Source of the DNA: an uncultured Phycisphaerales bacterium
GTDB taxonomy: Bacteria; Planctomycetota; Phycisphaerae; Tepidisphaerales; Tepidisphaeraceae
NCBI GenBank assembly: GCA_963758525.1
Contig: CAVWVQ010000003.1
Location: forward strand, 3,872,001 to 3,936,000
DNA: 64,000 bases
Reading direction: 5' to 3'
Position numbers and translations under genes: made by a program. Below, piece by piece: positions 53,313 through 64,000 of this stretch. How positions within the stretch are numbered: position 1 is the stretch's first letter; each line of letters opens with the position of its first letter. Under the pieces are notes generated by a model, which saw nothing but the letters and a program-made list of their open reading frames with translations, was not told the DNA's origin and ran no database searches.

Positions 53313-54412
53313 ATGAAGCGATTTCTTTGTTTCGGAGCAGTGTTGATGGCGCTGGCCGCCGGCGCCTGCAGCGAAGATCAGGCGCCTCCTGCGAGTGAGC
53401 GCGTTCCGCCGCCGGCGGCTTCCGCGGCGCCGCCTCCTGCGCAGCGCGCTAATGAAGTTGCGATGAATGGAGCTGCGGCCGGCGCCCATACGGCAGCGGC
53501 CGCAGCCGGCTCACCCGCGCCGCCGGCGGGGCGCAGTGGACGATCTTCTGCTCGGCCTTTCGCGGACCGGATCACGTGCTGGTCTCAAATCGGGTGAAGG
53601 AGGATCTGCTTCAGCAATCACATTTGAGCGGCTGGCATTTGGTGCATCACGACGACGAAAGTATTCTGTACTACGGCTATTACACCGAGTTGGGCACGCC
53701 GCGGGCGCGGGCGGATAAACGCGCCGTGGAAAGTCTGACCAACGACGCGGGGGATCGGGAATTCGCGGCGAGCCAGTTTGTGCCTCTTTCATCGCCCAAT
53801 CCGTCGGCGCCGCCGGAGTGGGACCTGGCAAACACGCCGGCGGATATGTACTGGTCGCTGCAGATTGCGGCGTTCTGTCAGACGCCGGATCATTGGGAGC
53901 GTGCGGTTCAAGCGGTTCGCGACGCGCAGGCGCAGGGGATCGAGGCATATTACTATCACACGGACGCGATGAGCACGGTATGTGTTGGGGCATGGCCACG
54001 GGCGGCAGTGCGTCAGCAGGCCGCCGGCGTCGCGCACAACAACAATGCCGACACACCGATTGTCGTATTGAGTCAGCCGGCTCCCGAAGGCGCCATTCCT
54101 CAGTTGCACGACAGCAACGGGAATCCGGTGCCGGTCATCGCTCCCAAGTTGGAGGTTGATGATCCGACGCTGCAGAAAGCGATCAACGAGTTTCCCGAGA
54201 ACGCGGTCAATGGTTACGTCATGACTCAGAAAGACCAGCAGGGCAAGGAGTATCCGGCTTCGTCGTTTCTGGTCGAGATCCCGCACCACGATGGGTCGGC
54301 AAAGGACAACGATCGGGATGCGGTGCAGGAATCCCCGGCTCGGTCGGTGGTGCCGCCGGTGGACAGCAACGATACGACGCTCGGGAAGCTGCGCACGATC
54401 GGGGAGCATTGA
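53313..54412 (+). CDS. Hypothetical lipoprotein (frameshifted)
   Basis: Lipobox-like LAAGAC in ORF 53307..53597; continues in ORF 53576..54412. Confidence 0.6.
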
Positions 54413-54413
54413 A

Positions 54414-55058
54414 TTGCGGATCGTGGTGGCTACACGGAATTCTGGAAAGTCGCGCGAGTTTCGCGAAATGCTCGCATCCGACCAATGGGTGTGGAGCGAT
54501 CTGTCAGACCATCCGGAAACGCGCGAGGTTGAAGAAACTGGCCGGACCTTTCGTGCGAACGCATGTCTCAAGGCATCGGGCTATGCCCGGCAAACGGGGA
54601 GTTGGGCGCTGGCGGACGACAGCGGACTGGAAATCGATGCGCTGGGCGGGTCGCCGGGCGTTGCCAGCGCGCGTTGGGCGATGCTGCACGGGACGGGCGC
54701 GGGTGATGCGGATAACAACGCGACCGTCTTGGCTCAGCTTGAGCCGATTCCTGACGATCGGCGGAGCGCCCGGTTCGTCTGCGTGCTGGCGCTGGCCGAT
54801 CCGCAAGGGCGAATTATTTTCACCACGCGCGACACGGTCGAGGGACGCATGCTGCGCAAGGCGCGGGGCAGCAATGGGTTTGGGTACGATCCGCTTTTTT
54901 ATATCGAGTCATTGAAGCAGACCACCGCCGAGTTGTCGGCCGGGCAAAAGCATCAGATCAGCCATCGCGGCAAAGCCCTGCGGCGTATGAGGGACCTGAT
55001 CCGACAGACAGGATTCGGGCAAACGTTGTGCGAATCGGGCCCAATGACGTTAGAGTGA
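54414..55058 (+). CDS. rdgB: dITP/XTP pyrophosphatase (Ham1 family)
   Basis: ATRNSGK, ETGRTF, ADDSGL, GFGYDPLF, SHRGKA. Confidence 0.93.
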   Translation: MRIVVATRNSGKSREFREMLASDQWVWSDLSDHPETREVEETGRTFRANACLKASGYARQTGSWALADDSGLEIDALGGSPGVASARWAMLHGTGAGDADNNATVLAQLEPIPDDRRSARFVCVLALADPQGRIIFTTRDTVEGRMLRKARGSNGFGYDPLFYIESLKQTTAELSAGQKHQISHRGKALRRMRDLIRQTGFGQTLCESGPMTLE

Positions 55059-55065
55059 GGTTCCT

Positions 55066-55482
55066 ATGAGCCGGATTCTTCTTGCCGTCAGCAGCAACTA
55101 CGCCGCCCAGAAGGTGGTGGACTGCATCGTCGATCTGTCCAAACGGCTGGCGGCGGAAATCCTCGTGGTGCATGTTTCCCGTCCCAGCGGCGGGCAGATG
55201 CGCGAGCAGGAACAGGCCGAAGGGGAATCGGCGATCCGCTATCTGCGGGAAAAACTGGTCACGCGCGGGGTGGCCGTGCAGGACCTGCTTCTTTTCAGCG
55301 ACGATATTGCACGAGCCATTCTGAACACTGCCGTCGAGCGGGAGGCATCCATGATCGTGCTCGGTCTGACCGGGAAAAACGTCTTCGCGCGTCTGCTGGC
55401 GGGGAACGTTCCGGTGGAATTGATTAAGAATACAAAAATTCCGGTGCTGATCCTTCCGCCGGATTGGAATAGGACGATTTGA
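55066..55482 (+). CDS. Universal stress protein
   Basis: RILLAV, MIVLG, IPVLIL. Confidence 0.85.
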   Translation: MSRILLAVSSNYAAQKVVDCIVDLSKRLAAEILVVHVSRPSGGQMREQEQAEGESAIRYLREKLVTRGVAVQDLLLFSDDIARAILNTAVEREASMIVLGLTGKNVFARLLAGNVPVELIKNTKIPVLILPPDWNRTI

Positions 55483-55494
55483 GGGGGGAAGGGG

Positions 55495-55690
55495 GCAAGG
55501 CACGAAGGGGGCAAGGCACGAAGGCACGGAGGCACGGAGGGGCCAAGGCACGAAGGCACGAAGGCACGGAGGCACGAAGGGGAGGACGCTGCGCGGCGGA
55601 ATGTTTTGTCAGATTCGCTTCCTCAAACCTGTCGCCTCTCTTCTGCTCCCCTTCCTCACCCTTCGTGCCTTTGTGCCTTTCTTGCTTCCT
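55495..55690. repeat. Octamer repeats (GGCACGAA/GGCACGGA) with a partial inverted arm
   Basis: GGCACGAAGGCACGGAGG... and CTTCGTGCCTTTGTGCC. Confidence 0.7.
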
Positions 55691-55807
55691 GCCTTTCTTA
55701 AACTCTTCCCTCTCAGAAATTTCTTCCAGACGTCTTTGCGTCTTCCGGGCGGACGCTATAATCCCGCGCTTCGGACCCGGATGGACGGGACAGGAGACGA
55801 ATTGTCG

Positions 55808-56518
55808 ATGCAAATTAATAACGCGCAGGACATGGTGCCCAAGGAAGTCTTCTTCACGAAGGGCGTGGGCCGGCACATTCACAAGCTGCAGAGCTTTGAG
55901 CTGGCGCTGCGCGACGCGGGGATCGAACGACAGAACCTCGTGCGCGTGTCGTCAATTTATCCGACGGTCTGCAAGATCATTCCGGTCCGGGAAGGGCAGC
56001 CGAAGCTCAAGCCGGGGCAGATTACCTTCGTGGTTCTGGCCGAAGCGGCGACGGATGAGCCGAACCGTCTCATCTGCGCCGGGATCGGGCTGGCGATTCC
56101 CCGCAGTCATGCCTACGGGTACATCGCCGAGCATCACGGGTACGGGATGAGCGAGAAGAAGACCGAGGATCTGGTGGAGGATCTCGCCGCCACGATGCTT
56201 GCCACCACGCTGAATGTTCCGTTCGACGCGGACAAGGCTTGGGACGAGCGCGAGCAGGAGTTCAAACTCTCGGGCGAAATCGTGAAGACCCGCGCCATCG
56301 TGCAGACCGCCGAGGGAGATAAGGCGGGGCTCTGGACGAGCGTCATCGCCGCGGCGGTGTTCATTCTCGACGAAAATGGGCACAAGAGCGCGCCTGTGCA
56401 GACCGCCAGTGACAAGAGCACGAGCGACGGCAAAGCCGCAGTCGACACGAAGACGCCAGGCGACGCGAAGACTGCATCAGACCGCGCGGGAGCTCTCGAA
56501 GCGAAGACTGTTTCCTAA
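55808..56518 (+). CDS. pdaD: Pyruvoyl-dependent arginine decarboxylase
   Basis: SFELALRDAGI..QNLVRVSSIYP (Ser-Ser autocleavage site), YGYIAEHH. Confidence 0.9.
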   Translation: MQINNAQDMVPKEVFFTKGVGRHIHKLQSFELALRDAGIERQNLVRVSSIYPTVCKIIPVREGQPKLKPGQITFVVLAEAATDEPNRLICAGIGLAIPRSHAYGYIAEHHGYGMSEKKTEDLVEDLAATMLATTLNVPFDADKAWDEREQEFKLSGEIVKTRAIVQTAEGDKAGLWTSVIAAAVFILDENGHKSAPVQTASDKSTSDGKAAVDTKTPGDAKTASDRAGALEAKTVS

Positions 56519-56618
56519 ATGAACGTGCGCGATTAAGCGCACGTGCCAGCAGTATGCTGCCCTTAGGGCAGCCGCTAAACGGTTTTTGGAAGCGCGTAAT
56601 CGCGCAAGGTCATATAGT

Positions 56619-57689
56619 TCAGAAGCTGGGTTGCTGCTGCGTGAGACAGTGAATCGCGCCGAGCCCCCAGATCAGCTCGACGCAATCAATTCCGATGACC
56701 TGATGTTTCGGCAAATGCCGCTGTAGCGTCTCGATTGCGATCTGATCGTTTGTCCGGTGCCGATACGTTGGCACCAGCAGCGCGCCATTGACGAAGTAAA
56801 AATTGACGTACGTCGCGGGCAGGCGCTGCCCGTCTTCCTCAAGCACGCCCGGCATCGGTAACTCGACAATTTCAAACGCTCTGCCGCGCGGATCGCGCAG
56901 CCGCTGCAGCCGGCGGAGGTTGTCGCGGAGCAATTGGTAGTTCTCGTCCTTCGGATCTTTTTCAACCGCTGCGACGATCGTTCGCGGACTGATGAATCTT
57001 GCCAGATCGTCGACGTGGCCGTCAGTGTCGTCTCCGACAATTCCCTCGCCGAGCCAGAGCACCTGTTCCTGGCCGTAGTAATCCTTGAGGTATTGCTCGA
57101 TCTCGGGTTTGCCCAAATGCGGATTGCGGTTCTTGTTCAGCAGGCACGACGTTGTCGTGAGAATCGTCCCTTCGCCGTTGAAATCGACAGCGCCGCCTTC
57201 CATCACGATCCGCGGATAAAAAACCGGCAGCTTCAGCTCCTCGGCTATTCGCGTCGGCACCGCGTCGTCATCATCGAAGGGGGGATATTTTCCACCCCAG
57301 GCATTGAATCCCCAGTCGACGATCGCGGCACCGGCTTTTTTCCCCTGCTGCTTCAAGACAAATGCGGGTCCGTGGTCCCTGCACCAGCTCTCGTTGGTCT
57401 TGATGAGGTGGAAATGAACGTTATCGATCGGGCATTCGTAGGACAGAAGCTGCTCGCGAACCAGGGTTGCGTAGTTGCCATTGGGAACGTTGATCTCAAC
57501 GCGCTCGCGTGGCGCGATTTCGCGAATGATCCGCGCCAGGTTTTCAGGAACCGTGTGATATTTGTCGGGAAACGAGATTCCCTCCGGCCGCGGCCAACTG
57601 AACCATGTCGCGGTATGCGGATGCCATTCCGGTGGAAATCGATAACCCAGTGCGGCAGGAGTTCGGTCGAGAACGCGAGGTGAGCTCAT
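56619..57689 (-). CDS. aguA: Agmatine deiminase
   Basis: PPEWHPH, WCRDHGP, EGGAV, DDTDGHVD, GAIHCLTQQ. Confidence 0.92.
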   Translation of the reverse strand: MSSPRVLDRTPAALGYRFPPEWHPHTATWFSWPRPEGISFPDKYHTVPENLARIIREIAPRERVEINVPNGNYATLVREQLLSYECPIDNVHFHLIKTNESWCRDHGPAFVLKQQGKKAGAAIVDWGFNAWGGKYPPFDDDDAVPTRIAEELKLPVFYPRIVMEGGAVDFNGEGTILTTTSCLLNKNRNPHLGKPEIEQYLKDYYGQEQVLWLGEGIVGDDTDGHVDDLARFISPRTIVAAVEKDPKDENYQLLRDNLRRLQRLRDPRGRAFEIVELPMPGVLEEDGQRLPATYVNFYFVNGALLVPTYRHRTNDQIAIETLQRHLPKHQVIGIDCVELIWGLGAIHCLTQQQPSF

Positions 57690-57716
57690 GCAGTGCTTCC
57701 GAAAAGGGCCAGCGGA

Positions 57717-58664
57717 TCATTCGGCATCAACAAACCGGCGGGTGAGATTGCCGTAGGCGTCGATCCGCCGATCGCGGAGAAACGGCCAGTGCGTTCTGCT
57801 GAATTCAACGCGTGCCAAATCGCACGTCACCGTCAGCACTTCTTCGCGGTCAGACGAGGCCTTGCGAACGATCTGCCCGTCAGGCCCGGCAACAAACGAC
57901 TGACCCCAGAATTCGATGCCGTCTTCGCTGACCGGCTTTCCGTCTGCGCCGATGATCTTCTCGAGGCCGATTCGATTGGGGGCGCACACGAAACACCCAT
58001 TGGCAACCGCGTGCGAGCACTGCATCAGCTCCCAGCTATCGTGCTGAGGCAGTCCGAACTCGGCCTTCTCCGAAGGATGCCAGCCGATGGCGGTTGGGTA
58101 GAACAGAATCTCCGCGCCCTGCAGCGCGGTGAGACGTGCGCCTTCGGGGAACCATTGGTCCCAGCAAATGAGGACGCCAATGTTGGCGTAGCGTGTCTGC
58201 CAGGAGCGAAACCCGGTGTCGCCGGGCGTGAAGTAGAACTTCTCATAGTAGAGTGGATCGTCGGGAATGTGCATCTTGCGATAGATGCCGAGAATGGACC
58301 CATCCGCGTCGATCACGACGGCCGTGTTGTGGTACAGCCCGGCGGCACGTTTCTCGAAGAGCGATGCGACGATCACCGTCTGGGTGCGGCGGGCGATCTC
58401 GCAGAGCGCTTCGGTGCTGGGGCCGGGAATCGTCTCGGCAAGCTCGAAGAAGCGATGATCCTCGACCTGGCAGAAGTACTGGCTGCGAAACAGCTCCTGC
58501 GTGCAGATGATCTGCGCGCCCTCCGCGGCCGCCTGTTCGATCAGACGCACTTGCCGGTGGAGGTTGTCGCGCGGATCTTCCGAGCAGCTCATTTGGGTAA
58601 GCGAAACCTTCAGAGCCGATCGAGTTGGCGATGGGCGAGCAATTCTGCCATTCTTCATGATCAA
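57717..58664 (-). CDS. aguB: N-carbamoylputrescine amidase (nitrilase family)
   Basis: QELF, YRKMHIP, EKFYFTPGD, ICWDQWFPE, YPTAIG. Confidence 0.88.
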   Translation of the reverse strand: MIMKNGRIARPSPTRSALKVSLTQMSCSEDPRDNLHRQVRLIEQAAAEGAQIICTQELFRSQYFCQVEDHRFFELAETIPGPSTEALCEIARRTQTVIVASLFEKRAAGLYHNTAVVIDADGSILGIYRKMHIPDDPLYYEKFYFTPGDTGFRSWQTRYANIGVLICWDQWFPEGARLTALQGAEILFYPTAIGWHPSEKAEFGLPQHDSWELMQCSHAVANGCFVCAPNRIGLEKIIGADGKPVSEDGIEFWGQSFVAGPDGQIVRKASSDREEVLTVTCDLARVEFSRTHWPFLRDRRIDAYGNLTRRFVDAE

Positions 58665-58870
58665 TCTCTCCGCCGGACGCAGTCACCGATCCGGCAGAGA
58701 AGGGTAGCCGCGCCGGATGCGCCGGGCAACGCATCAGTGTTGAGCATGAGTGTTGAGCGGGCGGTATTCGTTGTATTTCCGATGAAGGAATTGTTAACTT
58801 AAAGGAGTCAATGGGGCGCATCCAACGTACGCATGGCGAGGCGTGCGTGTCGAACGAGGGACAGAAAGCC

Positions 58871-61230
58871 ATGACACTGGGCTCAAATGGTCTTTCATTC
58901 AGCATTGCCACCGTATTATTGATGATCGCATCGAGCCCCGCGACCGGATGGGGCGCTACGCCGGACGAGATCGATGCCGCGATTGACAAGGGGCAGAAAT
59001 TTGTACTCAGCCAGCAGAAGCCCACCGGGCAGTGGGAAAACGATTTGACGCGCGTCGGCACGAGTCACGCGCATGACAAGATGCAGGGAGATACTTTCGG
59101 CGGCTTCACGGCGCTTTCCACGTACGCGCTGCTTGCCTGCGGAGCCAAGCCAACCGAACCGGCGATGGCCAAGGCGATCGACTTTCTCCGCAAGGCGGAT
59201 GTGATCGGCATTTACGCCCTGGGGCTTCGCGCCAATGTCTGGCAATTGATTCCGGTGACGGCGGAGAACAGCAGTTGGCTGAATGCTTCGATCCGCAAGG
59301 ATCGCGACCTGCTGCTCAACGGCATCAACAACAAGGCCGCCATCAATCAGGGATTCTGGGATTATGGGAATGGCCGGGGAAAGCGGCTGGATCACAGCGT
59401 CAGCCAGTATGGGGTGCTGGGCCTGTGGGCTTGCGAGCAGGCGGGCACGGAGGTCTCCGTGGATGTTTGGCGCCTGCTGGACAAGCACTGGCGCGACCAG
59501 CAGTTTCCAGACGGCGCGTGGTCTTATGATTCCACGCCGACCACAAAGGGCTCCGTCAGCAAAGGGCAGACATCGGCATCGATGACCGCCGCGGGCGTCG
59601 CAACCCTTTTCATCACGCAGGACTATATTTACGCCGAACGAGGAAGCGCCTGCAACGGCAATATCACCAACGACAACATCGAAAAAGGGCTCGCCTGGAT
59701 GGCCGACCATTTTACGAAAGCAGACAACCTCTACTCCATCTACGGAGTTGAGCGTATCGGCGTCGCCAGCGGAAGAAAGTATTTCGGCTCGCACGACTGG
59801 TTTGCGGAAGACGCCGATCGGGTCGTCAAGAGCCAGAAGCGAGACGGCTCATGGCAACCCAATTTTGTCGGCGCCACGCCGGCGGTGGCTACGTCATACG
59901 CACTGCTATTCCTGCGCGCGGCCGCGCGCCCGTGCTGGTCAACAAGCTGGATTACAATCTCGCCAACGCCGCGCCCACGGCCGCCGCTAACGCAAGCGGA
60001 CAGACTGCGACGGAGGGGCACTGGAATCAGCGCCCGCGCGACGTGGCGAACGTGCTGCGCTGGTTCATCCGCCAGAGCGAGACGGACGTCAACTGGCAAA
60101 TTGTCAATCTGCCGCGCACCGCCACCGAGCTGATCGAAGCGCCGGTGCTCTACATCAGCGGCGATACGGAGCTGAGCTTCACCAAGGACGAGATGGAGAA
60201 GCTGCGTGAGTATGTCTACCTCGGGGGCGTGATCTTCGGGAACGCCGACTGCGGAAGCGACGCGTTTGCGAAGAGCTTTGAGAAGCTTGGGACGACGCTC
60301 TTCGGGAGGGAGTTCCGCGATCTTCCGCGCGGGCATCCGATCTATATGCTCGAGCAGTACCCTGCAGCGACGTGGAGAACCAAGCCGGTCGTGCGCGGTC
60401 TGAGCAACGAAGTGCGCGAGCTCATGCTGCTGGTTCCGCAGGCGGATCCCGGCCGCGCCTGGCAGGTGCGTGCCGATCAAACCCGCTCCGAGCTATTTCA
60501 GGTTGGGGCCGACGCGTTCATGTACGCCGTCGACAAGAATCCCTCGGTCAAAGGACGAACGCATGTGGTTTTGTCTGACCCGAAAATTGTTCCGGACCGA
60601 AAGCTGAACGTCGCCCGGCTCGAGCTGGGTGACAATTGGGACCCGGAGCCCGGCGCATGGAAGCGCATGGCGGCGGTCATCCACAACGACGCCAAAGTGG
60701 ACGTCACGGTCACGCCGGTAAAACTGGACGCCGGGGCGCTTGCCCCCTATAAGGTCGCCCATCTGACCGGCACCACCAAGATCAAACTCACCGACGATCA
60801 GCGGTCCGCGCTGCTGGAATGGACCAACCGTGGAGGGACGTTGATTATCGATGCCGCAGGCGGCAGCGCGGATTTTGCGGACTCGATCGAGGCGGAATTG
60901 AAGACCATCTTCGGCGCCGACGCGGAAAAGGGATTGGCCGACACGCTGCAGCCGGATCACCCCATGTTCGGTCTTCCGAAGATGGCGATTCAGTCCGTCG
61001 CCTATCGCGCGTATGCCCGCACCATTCTCGTGGGCGACCTGCATTCCCCCCGCATTCGGGTGATCGAACACGGCGGACGCACCGAAGTTTTTTACAGCCG
61101 CGAGGATCTGACTGAAGGAATGGTGGGACAAAACGTCGATGGCATCGACGGTTATTCGCCCAAGAGCGCGACAGAACTGATGCGAAACATGGTGGTCTAC
61201 GCCGGTTTCTTCCATCGGCGCGGGGGGTGA
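58871..61230 (+). CDS. Secreted protein with alpha-alpha barrel repeats and DUF4159-like domains (frameshift near 59915)
   Basis: DHSVSQYGVLGLW, SMTAAG, QKRDGSW, then APVLYISG and GGTLIIDA domains. Confidence 0.7.
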
Positions 61231-61293
61231 AACGTCAACTTCCGAGGACGCGGATTTGCAGGTGCCGTAGTGTGCGGAAAACCTGAAACGAGT

Positions 61294-62252
61294 TTACCGT
61301 GACTCCGCATTGAGCTGTGCCATCTCCAGAATAAATCCTTCGACGTTCGTCACCGCATCTCCCACTCCGGATTTCGACTGGTAGTCCACTTTGGCCAGCA
61401 AATCGAGCGCCGCGCCGCACCGGAAGCGCCCAGCGCCTCGGCGGTACGCACGAATGGCTCCTGATTTTCCCGCGGCCAGATGCGCAGCGCAGATCCGATG
61501 GAGAATGCATTCATTCCCCTGCGGCGCATGGCGATCGCCTTGCGCACGTTCTCGAGCCACATTCCCAGCCATGTGACGGCGCGGAACTCGGCGGAAGGAT
61601 CCAACTGCACCAGATGCCGCCAGCGCCGCAGCGCCTCGGCTGACCTCCCGGCGGCAAGTTCGCCGGTCATGTCCCACATTTCCTGCTCGCGCTGAAACGA
61701 GACGCCGGTGGTGACCTCCGCGGCGGTGATGCGCCCCGCCGGGGCGCTGATCGCGAGTTTGGCCATCTCGTTATCGAGTCGGCCGAGGTCGTCGCCGATG
61801 TAGTCGCATAACAGCCGCGCGGCATCGGGATCGATCCGCACTTTGTGTGCCGCGGCGCGTGAGATGATCCACTGCGGAATGTCCTTGAGCTTCGGCGGAT
61901 TGCAGTCCTCGATCTTTCCGACTTTTGCAATTGCCTTATAAATTCTCTGATTGGACGGCAGCGACGCCAACCGGAGCACGAGCGTGGCGGCCTCGGATGG
62001 CGCGGCGACGTACGACTCAAGCGCTTCGCGGAATCGGGTGAGAAATGCGTCTGCGTTGCGCACGCTGACCAGCTTCGATCCGCCGAACATCGCGAAGCTG
62101 CGCAGTTCGTCGAGCACTTCCGCCAGCTCGCAGCGCTCGCCGTCGAGGTCGGTGCGCTGGGCGTTGCCGGGCAACTCGCGCAAAATATCTTCCAGCCGCT
62201 GCAACTGCAGAAAGGTGTCGGAGCCAACCAGAGCGTAGACGGGCTTGGGCAT
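61294..62252 (-). CDS. holA: DNA polymerase III delta subunit (frameshift near 61420)
   Basis: PVYALVGSDTFL, DELRSFAMFGG.KLV, GDDLGRLDNEMAKL, LAKVDYQSKSG. Confidence 0.85.
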
Positions 62253-62400
62253 CGTCGTGGTTCTATGCGGATGTTCGGCGCGGGTCAACGGAATCGGATG
62301 CACGACCGTCTCTGCGCACTACCCCTCTCCCGCTATTTTCCGGGAGAGGGAGCAGTGCGCAGAGAACGTCGTGCATTCAACGAAATCCGCGGAGAGCGGA

Positions 62401-62617
62401 ACCGAGGGTGCAAGCACCCTCGGCGTTCACGGCGAGCACCTCAAGCGAGTCCATCGTCTTCCTCCAGATTTTCCACGGGTGCAAGCACCCTCGGCGTTCA
62501 CGGCGAGCACCTCAAGCGAGTCCATCGTCCTCCTCCAGATTTTCCACGGGTGCAAGCACCCTCGGCGTTCACGGCGAGCACCTCTTCAACGCCGAGGGCT
62601 GCTTGCAGCCTCGGTTC
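62401..62617. repeat. 71 bp tandem repeat (x2.5) bounded by inverted palindromes
   Basis: GGGTGCAAGCACCCTCGGCGTTCACGG... at 62406, 62477 and 62548. Confidence 0.9.
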
Positions 62618-62810
62618 CCCGTGTCCGTTCGCAGTCAAACGAACCTGTCGGGGGGCTTGCTCGTTGTAAAAGAGTTCGGCTACACTTTGCCGGGCACGGT
62701 GGCCGATGTTAGCCTGTGTCTCAGAACATCGGACGGCGCACGGGCTGTTTTGAGACAGTGGCTGGCAATTGGAAAACCAACTGCAAGGCCAGTGGGACTG
62801 GGAGATTGGT

Positions 62811-63558
62811 ATGTCTCATCCGTACAACACATTTTGCGAAGACTTCTACGTGAACATGCGGCTGGGGTCGCAGATGGCGCTGCCGCACAATCGTGAGACG
62901 CTGCTGCACCTGTTCGAGCGCGTGCAGAAAAGTTATCCGGGGATGACCCGGTTCCGGAAAAACGACAGCGGCGAATTCAATCTCGAGGAAGAGCGCAGCA
63001 GTCATGCGTACCGCTGGGTGAGCCTCGAGCCCAAGCGCCTTTCCAGCGGCCATGTGAATCCTCCCAGTGTCGAGCAGTCGATGGGAGTTCACACCATGCT
63101 GCTCGAGGCCGCGCCCCATCACCTGGGAATCAGCCCGATCGAGATCGATTACCTCGACGTCCTCTTTGGCTTTGATCTTCCCTTCGGCGGCAATCACGAC
63201 GAGATCATCGCGGAGAGCCTGCTGGCGGAGTGCCCGCTCAATTGCCTCACCGAAGAGCCCGGCGCGAGCGGTGGATTTTCAGCCATCGGTGACGGTGAGC
63301 CTCAGCGACGACTGCCGGCTGCAGGCGCGCATCGACGTGGTGACGCGCACCAACAGCTATCAGGTGCGCACCGGAGACTATTCCGACGACGTGATCAGCG
63401 TATATCTGATTGTCAGGCGCTATTGGGGTGATCGCCCGAAGGAGCCGCTCGAAGTGCTCTTTGCGCAAATGGCCCAGCGTGCCGATGCGCTCTGCACAAC
63501 GTACATCGTCCCGCGGATTCTCCGGCCGATCTCGACGGCCATCGCATCCCGCTCGTAA
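62811..63558 (+). CDS. Conserved hypothetical protein (frameshift near 63265)
   Basis: ORFs 62769..63431 and 63067..63558 join into one coherent protein; GGAG RBS. Confidence 0.7.
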
Positions 63559-63746
63559 TGGCCATGAGCACCGACCAGCAACTCGCCACCGATATCTCCC
63601 GGCAGGGGGAACGTCTTGCCGCCCAGCTCGCGGAGTTTCGGCGCGACCTGCAGGCCCGGAAACACAGCGACGGCCAAGCTCTGGTTCAATCTGCAACCGA
63701 GGCGATCGAGCAATTGCTGCGCGATCTCCACTTGGCGAGCCGATGA
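63558..63746 (+). CDS. Small hypothetical protein
   Basis: Translationally coupled to both neighbours. Confidence 0.5.
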   Translation: MAMSTDQQLATDISRQGERLAAQLAEFRRDLQARKHSDGQALVQSATEAIEQLLRDLHLASR

Positions 63747-64000
63747 TGAGCGGTCCCCAGGCTGATGTCATCGCACTTCCCGATCGATCGTTTCGGACGA
63801 AGCGATATCTGATCGTGCTGATGCTGGTGGGGATGGGCCTGTGGTTTTGCTACGACGGCTTCTACAACTGGCCGAAGCAGGCGCGCGAGGCCTCGGACCT
63901 GCAGAAGCAGCAGCAGATGCCCCGCGAGAAGCCGCATTCCGACCGTGACATTTTTCTGAACCAGTTGCTCGGCGTCTCGCTGCCGCCGGTCGGTTTTTTG
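63743..64000 (+). CDS. Hypothetical membrane protein (partial)
   Basis: MMSGPQ...YLIVLMLVGMGLWFCYDGFYNWP; open at the window end. Confidence 0.6.
   Translation, partial: MMSGPQADVIALPDRSFRTKRYLIVLMLVGMGLWFCYDGFYNWPKQAREASDLQKQQQMPREKPHSDRDIFLNQLLGVSLPPVGFL

Noticed and set aside
62406..62585. Second mini-CRISPR
   Set aside because: The intervening sequences are essentially identical and the repeat is unrelated to the main array.
1285..63300. Many frameshifted genes read as pseudogenes or programmed frameshifts
   Set aside because: They occur throughout, including in the essential holA, with otherwise intact motifs. Sequencing indels are the simplest explanation; read polishing would confirm.

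Overview
GC-rich bacterial DNA. The gene repertoire (prepilin-type H-X9-DG proteins, PEP-CTERM, ECF/FecR pairs, hopanoid genes) suggests a Planctomycetota/Phycisphaerae-like genome, which is an inference. Frequent single-base frameshifts look like long-read errors. From left to right: (1) an IS110-family transposase whose upstream end abuts, in frame, the GFTLVELL motif of a prepilin-type gene; (2) a GH3 fragment and a HigBA toxin-antitoxin pair; (3) a ~24 kb pectin/rhamnogalacturonan utilisation locus (ECF sigma/FecR, CE8, 2x GH28, ExuT-like MFS, GH2, GH115, 2x CE12, PL4, a prepilin-type protein, a PEP-CTERM protein and a XylR-like regulator); (4) a GxxExxY mini-gene remnant and a 4x ~347 bp array of nested inverted repeats; (5) an oxidoreductase, malQ and an ECF/anti-sigma/CsgG-like operon; (6) a type I-C-like CRISPR-Cas locus with 18 repeats, the atypical order cas5-cas8-cas7-cas3-cas4-cas1-cas2 and a truncated second cas3 upstream; (7) a BrnT-like TA + WYL cassette between direct repeats; (8) housekeeping genes (hpnG/hpnH, rdgB, Usp, arginine-to-putrescine genes, holA). 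All calls come from motif reading by eye; no database searches were run.
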